A stretch of DNA of 64,000 nucleotides from Macrostomum lignano. Lineage: Eukaryota. The stretch lies in contig NIVC01001009.1 in assembly GCA_002269645.1 (NCBI GenBank), positions 62,001 through 126,000 on the forward strand. Reading direction: 5' to 3'. Positions 13,031 through 24,570 of the stretch are shown one piece after another. Under the pieces are notes generated by a model that did no database searches, was not told the origin of the DNA, and was given only the letters and a program-made list of their open reading frames with translations. A program made the position numbers and the translations under genes. The stretch's first letter is position 1, and each line of letters opens with the position of its first letter.

Positions 13031-13964
13031 TGTTCGGTTATTTTTCGGGGGTTGTGCACGAAAATGTGCAGGGGGTTGTCCTGCAACCCCTATTATTATT
13101 TTACAGATAATCTTTAGGTTGCCTGTACTAATTGCAGCTGGCAATACTTCCTAGGACAAAACTACTTGGCATTCCATACCACTGTAACATTGCAGCGCTG
13201 CAGACAAAAATAGCAACCCATAGAAATTGATTTCATCAAGCGCCGCCTGACAGCTTCCGGGAAAAAATCACAATGCTGTCTGTCAGGTGGAGATTATTTA
13301 AAGAAACTGTCAGTTGCGAAATTTCCCATGGGAGAGAAATCCTTTTCATTTATCATCCAAAGCGTCGATGCTTATGGAGGGCTGAGATAGAAGAAATGGA
13401 CATACTCGTAGAAAAGAAAGGCGGAAATGAGAGCTGAGCTTCAGACAGTCAGCAGGCAGTATTCATCAAATTATTTCTGGGCTCATCATTTCACAGGCGT
13501 GCCATTAATGAGGACACTGGAGGCTGTTTCAAGGGTGCTATTTTTAATTAAGAGTGTACATCTGTACTTTTGAAATAAGCAGGCAGCTAGTACAGCCAAT
13601 CAGCAATATCATTACAGAGAGAAACTTTAATCAAAATCAGTCAAACCAACTGAGACTGTGAGACAGCGAGAAGAGAAAAAGGTTGAAACAAACCAGCGCA
13701 GTTGAACATGAAGAGATAATTGAATTCTCCAACAAGGCGAAATAGAATTATGTCAGTTTCAGTGAGAAAAATAGATTTTCGCTAAATCCAGTCACATCCC
13801 ACATCCCTATTCGACTGTCACCGCTAATTTCACTCACAGTTTTGGGGCGCCCAAATCCGACTGGCAAGCATTCAAACGCAAATCTCGCCAACCAATCGGA
13901 CACATTTTTATGCACTTTTAAGTCTGAAAACTGGTATAGATAGAGAAACAGGCACAATGCGTAC

Positions 13965-14266
13965 TTGCGATCGGCTAGAAACTGTTGCTGCTGTTGCAGT
14001 TGCTGCTGCTGCTGCAGTTGAAGAAAATAAGCCTGCTGGTGATAGATCAGTCCTGCTGGTGGCGGCTGGTCAGGCGAGACGGCATCACGATCGTCAAGCC
14101 GTTCATAAGTGGATGAATAACGCCTGGCATTTCTGCTCACACTGCCAGAAGCCAGAGCTGAGGATCTGGGTCTCAATAGGTTGGCTAATTGGCTGCGGAG
14201 TGAGCTACTGCTGTGGTGCTGAGATGATTGCTGCTGCTGTTGTTGTTGCGGCGGTGACGAGCTCAT
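13965..14266 (-). CDS. Putative first coding exon of an unknown Q/S-rich protein
   Basis: ATG at 14266, MSSSPPQQQQQQQSSQHHSSSSLRSQLANLLRPR...QQQQQFLADR, then donor AA|GTACGC (phase 2) at 13964. GC-rich, coding-like composition. Confidence 0.55.
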
Positions 14267-15311
14267 AATTATTTTTTCAATTTTTAAAACTAGTGTGAAG
14301 TGCAAGCACTATAAACTGAACGAATGTTCACTATTATATAGTGTGCGGCTGGTGTAGGGCAGAGAGGGGATGGCAACACACAGGTAGCAAAGGGAATCAG
14401 AGAGATGGAAAAGAGCGCATACAAAACACACACACACACACACACGAAGAGGAAAGGGCTGAGAGGCAGATAAGAATCAACCAATGGGCACAGACTGGTG
14501 GGAAACACAGCTGCAGCAGTTCGGGGAGGGGTTTGAAGCACAACTGCATATTTCGAGGTCGGCACTGGCCGGGCTAAAAGGAATCGGTGCATTATAAAAA
14601 ATATGCGCCCGGACACGAGAAACCAATCACAGGTGCTTGGGCTGGGCTACGGGCTCTAACTGACGCTGTGCAGAGAGCGGACTGGTCTTAGGGTGGGAGG
14701 AGGATGCGAACCGAGAAAGCCGATGACAGACAGGGCGGAGCTGTAAGACTTTAGTATGAAAGAAGAGGAAAAAGAACTTTTGAATCAAAGCGGCTGCAGC
14801 TGCAAGGCTGGGCAAAAGTAAAAAGCAAGGAATTTGAATTGAGATTAGAAAATCTGGCAATTTTCGTGCTGGGAGAGGAGAGAAATATATATATTTGCCA
14901 TCTATAAACATCAAAGAAATCTCTTGTCGTCACTCTTGCAAATTTTGAGCTTTGCAAAAGCCCCACTTCTAAGCGACAAATGAAAGCAGATCAATCACTC
15001 TCGCTTACTCATGACTCAGCATAAAACTATTCGAAGGCGCTAGAAAAAGCCTAACCTCTATCATGCCTTTGCCTAAAAATAAAATATGGCATTTCTCAAA
15101 TTCAACTATACTACTAACAGTAGGGAATAAAAGAAATCTTTTTTGAGCGTGCCACAGCTGGTGAAACAATTCTACCCATTTCGCTGACTCCTGAGTATTG
15201 TACGCTGACAAATGCGCGGTTACTGCACGAAGGCATGCACTCGTACACACGCTCACACAGGGTGTACAGCGGTCCTGACTTTACTTTCCTGCACAAGCCC
15301 TGTAATTAAAA

Positions 15312-15380
15312 GGATTTGGAATCGAACCAGGGACTGCGGCGTGCGAGTCAGACACGTTTAACACTGAGCTGCTCTGCCCC
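15312..15380 (-). mobile_element. tRNA-derived SINE-like head (A and B boxes)
   Basis: Minus strand GGGGCAGAGCAGCTCAGTGTTAAACGTGTCTGACTCGCACGCCGCAGTCCCTGGTTCGATTCC: A-box AGCTCAGTG and B-box GGTTCGATTCC. The anticodon stem does not pair, so it is not a functional tRNA. Confidence 0.6.
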
Positions 15381-16764
15381 TACTAACAGTAGCTATGAAG
15401 GTATGCAATTTCTGTGATAGGGTTAGCTAGGCTTGTTATATAAGGAAACATTTGTAGTTTGAGTAGTCACTAATTAATTTTTTAATTACAATGGCTAGCA
15501 ATGTTTTCTAGCCAAGGTTTACTCTAGCATGTCTTCTTGCCAACAAAAATCAATAACTTTCTATGCACACTTAGGATTAGATTGTAGTCTTTCTTTATAC
15601 CCCCCTTTAATAGGTAATTGGTATTTATTATGCCAGCAAAGTCATCCAGTGACCCACAAAGTCAAGATTTCCATGGTGTAAGGATACTATAGGAACTGAT
15701 GCATTCTATAAAAAGAGAAGGGTGCTGTATGAAAAGAGGACAGCTTAAAAATTAGGGGTTGCTATAGGAAAGAAAGGTAATATGGAATAGTGGGTTGTGA
15801 TGTTGTGTGTAGGGCTGAGCCCTAAAGAAATGAAAGCAGATTATTTGAAGGGAAGAATGTATTGTGGTGGGTTCTATATGAAGGGTGCTATGTAAAGAGA
15901 AAACATAGTGAGAAATGATAAAGCACTTTTAATTTTAACAGTTTTTAGCCAAACTTTTATCTGCTTACATTTTGTCTAGTCAGATCATATTTTGGAGTAT
16001 AAATTTACTTTTTCATTTGTATAATAACTGTTATTTACATTATACAATTAGTAAAAAGCAACCATAAGTTAAGCAAAAGTGCCCAAGCTTTCAAAAAAGA
16101 TTTAGTCTACTCTCACCTTAAAACCAGTTCTAAGAAGTAAAAAATCAACTACAACAGAATGGATTGTTTTCAATTGAGTTATTAAAGACAGATGAGTAAT
16201 CATTTCTAAGGAAAATAGCATAAAAGTTTGATTTTACCTATACAGACAATATTTCATCCTACATATGGCCTATAGGCCTTGTCAGAAGCCATAGTCAAGA
16301 AAGTGATATAGCATATACTAGAATATTTTTGGGGATAATCTATGCCATCTATATGTTATCTAGGTATCAAATATATACTGATTTTAAGTTCAAATCTATA
16401 AAAATAACAACAAAATTAAACATTAAAAAACTAATTAGTCAACAAAAATTGTGTTTTATAACAATTTTATATAAATATTAGAATTTATATTGACTTATAC
16501 TAATAAAGTTGTTTATCATATTGCCAGGGACTATAGTATGCATTATGATTATGATTATGCCTTATATTCTATGCCATACATGCGCAACTGCTGGCCGACC
16601 TGGCCGATCCGGCCACTGTAAATCGTGGCTGACCAGGGGTAAGTCGCAAAATTGAGTCAACCAAAAACCGAAAAACACAAGAACCAAGAAAGGCAAGAGG
16701 AAAGCGAAAGAAAGAGCAGTTCAGGGAAAATGGTGAAGCAAAAGAAAAACAATTCGCAAAAGAA

Positions 16765-17455
16765 GCAAGCTAAGTTGTAAAAATAATCAGGTAAGTCGCA
16801 AAAAGGATCAGGTAAGTCGCAAAAGAAGCAAACTAAGTCGCAAAAAGGATCAGGTAAGTCACAAAAGGGTTAGGTAAGTCGCAAAAAGGATTAGGTAAGT
16901 CGCAAAAGGGTTAGGTAAGTCGCAAAAAGGATTAGGTAAGTCGCAAAAAGGATTAGGTAAGTCGCAAAAAGGATTAGGTAAGTCGCAAAAAGGATTAGGT
17001 AAGTCACAAAGGGTTAGGTAAGTCGCAAAAAGGATTAGGTAAGTCGCAAAAAGGATTAAGTAAGTCGCAAAAGGGTTAGGTAAGTCACAAAGGGTTAGGT
17101 AAGTCGCAAAAAGGATTAGGTAAGTCGCAAAAAGGATTAAGTAAGTCGCAAAAGGGTTAGGTAAGTCGCAAAAAGGATTAGGTAAGTCGCAAAAAGGATT
17201 AAGTAAGTCGCAAAAAGGATTAGGTAAGTCGCAAAAAGGATTAGGTAAGTCACAAAGGGTTAGGTAAGTCGCAAAAGGATTAAGTAAGTCGCAAAAAGGA
17301 TTAAGTAAGTCGCAAAAAGGATTAGGTAAGTCGTAAAAGGGTTAGGTAAGTCGCAAAAGGATTATGTAAGTTGCAAAAAGGATTAAGTAAGTCGCAAAAA
17401 GGATTAGGTAAGTCGCAAAAAGAAGCAACTAAGTCGCAATAAGAGGGAAGTAAGT
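16765..17455. repeat. About 21-bp minisatellite GGATTAGGTAAGTCGCAAAAA inside element A
   Basis: Seen directly; the core TAAGTCGCA equals the element's subterminal motif. Confidence 0.95.
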
Positions 17456-17696
17456 CACAATTAGAGGCAATCAGGGGGTAGTAGGTGCAAGTGTGGCAGG
17501 AGAGCAAAAACAGAATAGAAGCCTTCAACCACAGACAAGATCTTTGAAATCAGAAGCCCGCGTCAACAGTTTCCCATTGATTTCCTAAACTCTGGAGCAG
17601 GGGTTGGCAACTCCGGCTCGCGAAGCCCCTCTATCTGGCCCTCGCCCCTCGGGTTCTTTGAAACTTCCTAACTACGAGTAGCAAGGTTGGTGTCTC

Positions 17697-18350
17697 TTCA
17701 ACTCTCATCTCTCTCTTCTTCTCTACCTTGCCTCCCCTCTTCTCTCTCTCCCCCTTTTCCCTCTTCTCTCTCCTCTCATTTTTACTCTCCTCTCTTCTCC
17801 CCCTTTCTCTCTACTCTTTCTCCTCAATGCCCTCTTCTCTCCTCTTATCTTCAGCAAAAATATGTGCATATTTTCTTACTTCAAAGTAGAGGGAATAGAA
17901 GATTAGAGATAAGCAAACAGAGGAGAGGCGAGCGATGCGATGGGAGAAAAGATAGAAGAGGAGAGAAAAGCTGAGGGAGGAAAAAGAGATGAGAGAGAAG
18001 AGGAGATGAGAGGAAAGAGGAAAGAAAAGATGATGGATGAGATCAGAAGAGAGGAAAGAGGAGAGAGTAGATGAGAGAAGAGAGGATAAAGAGGAGATGA
18101 GAGGAGAGATGAGAGAGTAGAAAAGAGAGGAGAGATAAGATGAGAGAGTAGAGTGGAGAGAGACGAGAGGGAAGATAAGATGAGAGAGTAGAGTGGAATG
18201 GAGAGAGACGAGAGGAGAGATAAGAATGTAGAGAGGAGACAGAAGAGATGGGAGAGGAGAGGAAAGAGAGGAGAGAGGAGAGGAAAGAGAGAAGGGATAA
18301 GGGATGAGAGAGAAAAGAAAAAGAGGATGAGAAGATTGAGGAATGGAGAG
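17697..18350. repeat. Polypyrimidine tract followed by polypurine tract
   Basis: CT-rich 17697-17850, then AG-rich about 17885-18350, on the same strand. Confidence 0.85.
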
Positions 18351-18998
18351 AATTTGCAAAGGCCTCAAATCTTAGTTTAACATGCATTACTCCCATCTTT
18401 GCCTTTTTCCTAACTGTTAACAAGTTTTTGTTTGAGCATGACTTCAAATTTAGAATCTATGCAAAAATAGTTCCGGGAATTAGAATTCAGTGGTTTAAAA
18501 ATCTGTGGGTTTTCACAGCTTGTATCTCTACTGGATTCGTATTCTGCATCTGATGAGCCATCTGAATCAGGGCTCTCATCTTCCATGCCAAATCGTCTAG
18601 CAAATCGTTCTTGAGCTATAGGTCACACTGTATTCACTTCACTTACTTCTGGACATTCATGAATCATGACTTTTGTAGTATGCTCACTACACTGTACTGA
18701 CAATTTACTAATTGCTTCATGCCGCCACTAGATGACACTGATTAGCTGTTATAAAAACGCGGAATCTGCACGCAGCACTAATTAGCTGGCGAGGCATTTA
18801 GCTTTAAAAATATGGTCATAGTTACTCCTGCCGTTTACCTAAAGTTTTTGCTTGGCTCTTTCATAGGTAAGTCGCATTTTTTATCGAAAACTAAGTCGCA
18901 CGGCCAGCGTAATTTCAGAAGTTGCGCATGTATGTTCTATGCCAAAATATTTTAAGGACAATTTATGAGCTATCTATATGCTACTTATGCACTATCTA

Positions 18999-19815
18999 TG
19001 AGGGTTGAGTCATAAATCTGCTGACAAACATCTCTTGTTTCTCTCTTATTAGAATATAAGTTGATATTTTAGTCTAGTGCTCTAAGGCTCATGACAATTA
19101 TGTCTATGGAAAGATCTTCTTTTTTTCTAAATTTAATATAAGACAAAAAAATCCTATCTTTTATACCACCCTCTTAAGCCACCATGATCAATGGAGAAAG
19201 GTGAATTTTCAAAATTTATACTCTCATTTGGTCATTGTAGAAACAACAAAAGAAGCAGGCCAAAATATTTCATAAAATATAACAAATATTTGACAGAGGC
19301 ACTATCCAAACAAACTGTCATGTAGGTCCAGCACTTTGAAGCTAGCTAGGTGACTATAGATGATGTTTCTTGCTCAGGTGCTCTATACAGAACAGACCTA
19401 CCTCAGATGAAAACATCCATGCCCTATGTGTGCTACATACCCTGAATGATGATTATTGTATGACACTTAGGCAACTTCGACTTTGGAGATACCTATGAAG
19501 AGCATTCATTACATCATTTTTGATCATCTCAACATGATACAAGTTGTTGCTCAATGGGTCCCTAAACTCCTAAAACTGGCCTAGCTGCAAGAGAGTGTTC
19601 ATATCTACAATCAACTTCTAAATGCTTATTGAAATAAGCCTGACTTTTTTGGTTGCCTAGTAATTAGTGATGAATCAAAGTTTCACAACTACAAACACCA
19701 GAGACCAAGTAGCAGAGTAGTGTATAGAAGGCACCTGATGAAGCCCTACCTGCTATCTAGCAAGGTCAAGACTATTCAGTCTGCTATGAAGCACATGGCA
19801 AAAGTCTTTTGGGTC
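18999..19815 (+). pseudogene. Degenerate, 3'-truncated mariner transposon (DD34D-type transposase relic)
   Basis: TA followed by TGAGGGTTGAGTCATAAA (mariner-like TIR). MEKGEF start at 19191, TIDDVSCSG, AQWVPKLL (19555), ISDES (19669), K*QSSV*K, MAKVFW (19804); many stops and frameshifts. Confidence 0.88.
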
Positions 19816-20123
19816 AATGAATAACTTTGCAATGCAATTACATAGAATTAAAAGCAAATATACTTTGTCATAAATAAAACTCCTATTGATTAAAATTACT
19901 TTAATTTTTGCTTAGAATTCTTTTATAAGTCAAATTTTCAGTTAAAAATAAGTTGCATAGCCAATAAAAATCAGGGGGTTGCATATGCAAAATCTTAAAA
20001 ATGCATTATGAAAATATTGAAAACATAAATACAAAAAGTTTTGTAACTTTGGCTATCCTATAGAATCATTTGTTAAATTATTTTTGCTTGAATTCAATTC
20101 CATTCTATTATTATAGTCAAAAT

Positions 20124-21245
20124 TAGTGATGGACTGAATGTTGATTTTTGCAATTTTCTGAAACCTAATCTGAATGTACAAAAAAATTCCAAATCCAAAT
20201 CCAAATATCCGAATGTGTCTCCAAATGTAGAAAAAAAGTAAAAGGTAAACGATGGGTATAACTATGATACCTTTTAGTTACAAAAATGCCTTGTCATCTA
20301 ATTAGTAATTCTATTAGTGCTCTACATTAATTTACTGACAAGATTCAATCTATCTTGGGCTTATACTATATCTATCTAGTATTTGAATAGAATTGAATTT
20401 AGAATTGAACTCAATTCTTATATATCTAATCTAACTAATTCCAATTAATAATACTAACTGACATTACATTTGTGGCATACATGCGCAACCTCAAAAAATT
20501 CGGTCGGCCGTGCGACTTAGTTTTAACAAAAATGCGACGTAGTTTTTGGCCAAAAATGCGACTTACATGTAAAAAAATGCGACTTACATATAAAAAAACG
20601 TAAAGCAAAATAAACGCAACTTTGGGTAAACGGCAGGAGTAACTATAACTGTCTTACTAAGCCAGAATGCCTCGTCAGCTACTTAGTACTAATACTTTGG
20701 TATTTTTGGTGGGCATTTTTGCGACTTCTTTGGTTGGCCACCAAATCGGTCGGCCGGATCGGCCGACTCGGCCGATTGTTGCGCATGTATGATTTGTGGA
20801 ATTTGATAACTTTACCATGTACAGTACACGTAAAGTCTATTGCTATGAAAAAAACAAAGTGATGATTACACTTTAACAATGATTATCTAAAAATGTTTCT
20901 GCAACTTTAGGTTGAATGCCTCAATGGTCTTGAAGTTAAGTAACTTTACTTAATAACACTTTTTAAAAATGCAAAATACATTACTGCAAAAACAGACAAT
21001 TGTAAAAATGAATAATATGATATTAAATTTTTCATTCTCATTTCTTTAATTTACTTTCTTTTTTCAAAAGTTGTATTTTTTGTTTGCAAAATTTTGTTTT
21101 GGTTTTTTGATTTTTTTCATATTTGGAAGCACATTCAGAAATTTAGAAAATAAAATTTCCTAATCCAAAACATTTGGATTTCTAAAAAAGTGAGACTTTT
21201 TTTTCAGATTCAGATTCTTAATCTAAATATTCAGATCCATCACTA
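20124..21245. mobile_element. Non-autonomous hAT-like element C (1122 bp) containing nested element B
   Basis: TIR TAGTGATGGACTGAAT (20124-20139) / ATTCAGATCCATCACTA (21229-21245); 8-bp TSD GTCAAAAT (20116-20123, 21246-21253). Confidence 0.88.
20476..20791. mobile_element. 316-bp hAT-like MITE (element B), same family as element A, opposite orientation
   Basis: Identical TIR CATACATGCGCAAC / GTTGCGCATGTATG; 8-bp TSD ATTTGTGG (20468-20475, 20792-20799); shares TGCGACTTA and GGTAAACGGCAGGAGTAAC segments with element A in reverse. Confidence 0.93.
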
Positions 21246-24200
21246 GTCAAAATAAGCAATGTCTTAACTTAAATCCCAGTATTGGCAGCTTAAAAACGAA
21301 TTTTTCAATTTCAAATGTATTGATCCCTTTAAAAGTCTGCCCATAATTGCTTATTTTGACTATAGACATATTTTCATGCTTTGTATGTGCAAAATTGATA
21401 TTATTATATTTTAAGAATTCTTGACATATTAGCATTAGGATAAAATTACCAAGTCACATCATTACCCTGTTTTAACATTCAAATAGTACCCTCTTGCCAT
21501 GATATTTGTGGTAATTGACTAAAGTATAACAAATAATTTAGTGCCATTACATGTTAAACTATTAACTTATTTACTTGTTATATATTTTTAGACTTAAATA
21601 ATAAAAAGGAATCCAATTCAAATGAAAAAATAATTTAATGAATGATTATATTATAGGATTGGCCTAGTTAAAACTTTTTGATAGTTATTACTAGTACTTA
21701 ATCTATTTTCAAAATTAGGCCTAAGCTATCTTTTTATTTAGGCAAATAAGAATTATCAAATTAAATAAAAATAAAGAACAAATAACTTTCAAAATCTTAT
21801 TATTATCCCTTACCTACATGTATAGCTAGTTAGGCAACGCTGTAGCTATAGTCTATAGTATGAGGCCAACTCTTCCATTGGAGGAGAAATGGGAAGAACC
21901 CCCATAGCCAGAATCCCATTCTCTGAAATTCATCAGCTGAATCCCATGACCCGAATCCCATTATCCAACTTTTCTCCAAATCCATCAAAATCCTCTCCAT
22001 GAAACTGAACACCATTGAAATCCTCTCTGCAAAACAGAAATCCTCTCTGTGAAACTGAAGAACATCAAAATCTTCTCCACAAAACTGGACTCAATCAAAA
22101 TATTCTCCATCAAAAGGAATCAACTCTCAGGATTCATTGGTTAGGGTTAGGGTTAGGGTTAGGATTGGAGCTGCACAGAGCTATATGTTAAAAAGGTCTG
22201 ATAAAAATTAAACTAATTGAATCAATATATTGATTTTTTCTCAGTCAGTCAGTATCAGTCTCAGTTAAAGTTAACAAAATGATTGCACAATCTAAATCAA
22301 CCCTCTAATACACAGCGGCAATAAGAAGTTGAACCTTCCCCCTAACTTTATCTATTACATCTTGTGAAACTAAGTGCAATTTTGCAGAAAGTTAAAAGTA
22401 TAGAAATTTTTTTTCAAATGCTATGCTTTCAGTTTTCATATTTAAAGCAAACAACTTTTTCTCCGAACTCAGCATTGCAATCTTTCTAGAAATATAAGTC
22501 TCTTCTGTTAAAGTGTAAAACTTAAGGAATAGTTAGCATTTGAAATTTCCCGATTCCCTGACTGATTGTTTGCTACATTGAGCTGAGACTTGCTGAGCTG
22601 AGACTTGAGGCTCGCAAGTTTATTCATTGAATTTCACTGCCTAGCAAATACATAGGGCTGCATCTAGAAAGGTGGCAATAAATAAAACCAATTGAATCTT
22701 GACCCCAGTCCTAACTATTTGCTATGTACACTTAGCCTAAACCAACCCCCCTCCTATTCCGATTAAATTAACTGTACCCCCAACACGCGGAGGTTTTATT
22801 TGAATTGAACATGGAACATGCACTCCTATCCCTCAAAACATAGTGACGTAGGGGCTCCTCCTAAAGCATTTTAGCTGTCTTTCTTATGAACAAACTGAAG
22901 TGCTGCTCCATGGCTTTCTGCAGCCTTTCAAATTTCTCCAGGTTGTTGTTAGACTGTGTTGACTTGGACATTTTTGACTTATACTCAACTTATACTTATT
23001 ATTTAAAACAGTAGTAGACAATAAACAAAAGATAATAAGCAGAAGTAAGATAATAGCTAATAAAAAGAATAAGCAAATAGAATATCGCCAGATTCAGCAG
23101 ATAAGAGAGAAATCTCTAGAGAGAATTGAAAATTCTCCTCCCTAAAAAAGGCCAGTGTACACCTTTTTTGTTAGTAAAAATCAATAAAAAAGAATCTTAA
23201 GCTCCACTGCCCAGCCAATGCAATGCACTAACTAATGGTGCCAATTATAAAACTAATTGAATCTTAGGCACAGTCCTATCTATCTATTTATACTATACAA
23301 CTGCTATGTACACTCAGCCCAAGCCCAACTCCCCATTCTGGAGAAGCATTAAATTTAACTGAACCCCTAACATGCAGGTGATTTGATTTGCATTGAATGC
23401 AGAATGCAGAACATGCATACCTACCCCCCCCCCCAAAAATACACAGCAACCTGCGGGCAGAGGTTGGGATGGCTATTTTTACAAACATACTGCAACCCCT
23501 CCACTGGAGAGGCAGAGTGGCCACAGAAGGGCCAAAGAAGGTTAAGAAATCAGTTTTAGGGATCTTAAAATGAAAAAATGAAAGATTAAAATAGCTATTG
23601 AATAGACTCAATCCAGATAATTTGCAGTTTTCCCATATAAGTTTCAATGCTGACTTGCCAGTAGTCTAGGAGAAAAATTGCAACACACATACAGACAAAC
23701 AAACAAACATCGCACCAACTTTAATATTAAGAAGATAGGAAAAAAACTTATATTTTTAGCTTTGACTTACTTTGAAGCTAAGTAATGACTTACTTTGCTA
23801 TAGCATTGTGGTGAGAAACTATATAATAAACTATTAACTGTGGTAAAAACCAAAATACTGATCATTTGAAGTTAGGATTTTAATCAACCTTTTTATGCTA
23901 CCACATCTAATCTCAAAGATTTTTTAATCTTGCTCAACCACAACTTGCTTTTATATTAACAGAAAGTGTCTGAATCTATAATTTCTATATCATATTATCA
24001 TCAAACCCAGAATCCCAACAAAACTTGGAGTCTTGGTCCTATTTAATTCCAGAAATTTTACTCCTATCCAAGGTTCAATTGTACCTAATTACCCTTTCGC
24101 GAAATTTTCTGCACTAATAATTTATTTTCAGATACATAGATGATTAAAATGATTGTACGTATATTATATATTCTAAATATACCATTCAAATACTTGGTAG

Positions 24201-24570
24201 TAAACACGTCAAAATGAAAAATAATATAATTTCTTTAATTTGGAGAGTGGAAGAGTTAGGGCATTGGCATTTCTACTGTGCACTTGCAATACACAGGTCA
24301 GTTGAAGGAAGTTCTTTACAGGAAAGATCGAAATTAAATATGTAACTAATTTTGAACTGTTAAAACAAAGCATACGTTACTTCTATTTTTTTATAGTTTT
24401 TTTTACTGTAGTAATAATGTTTCTTATATTTTTTTCTATAACTTACATGGTTTGTTATAAAACAAGTAAAACCCTTCTTAAAAGTGTGGTATTACTATAT
24501 AGTTTTAACTTTTCTTTTCAATTCATTTTTCTAAACTTTTACTCCAATTTGCGCAAATTTTCATAGCAAA

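Larger units (their letters stand above)
16575..18934. mobile_element. Non-autonomous hAT-like DNA transposon (element A, 2360 bp)
   Basis: Perfect 14-bp TIR CATACATGCGCAAC (16575-16588) / GTTGCGCATGTATG (18921-18934); 8-bp TSD TTCTATGC (16567-16574, 18935-18942); no transposase. Confidence 0.92.

Noticed and set aside
17598-17611. CAGGGGTTGGCAAC as a complete nested hAT-Charlie element
   Set aside because: No matching right TIR or TSD found; kept only as an orphan end.
22141-22164. (TTAGGG)3 as a telomere or fusion scar
   Set aside because: Only three perfect units; such short tracts are common inside non-autonomous elements.
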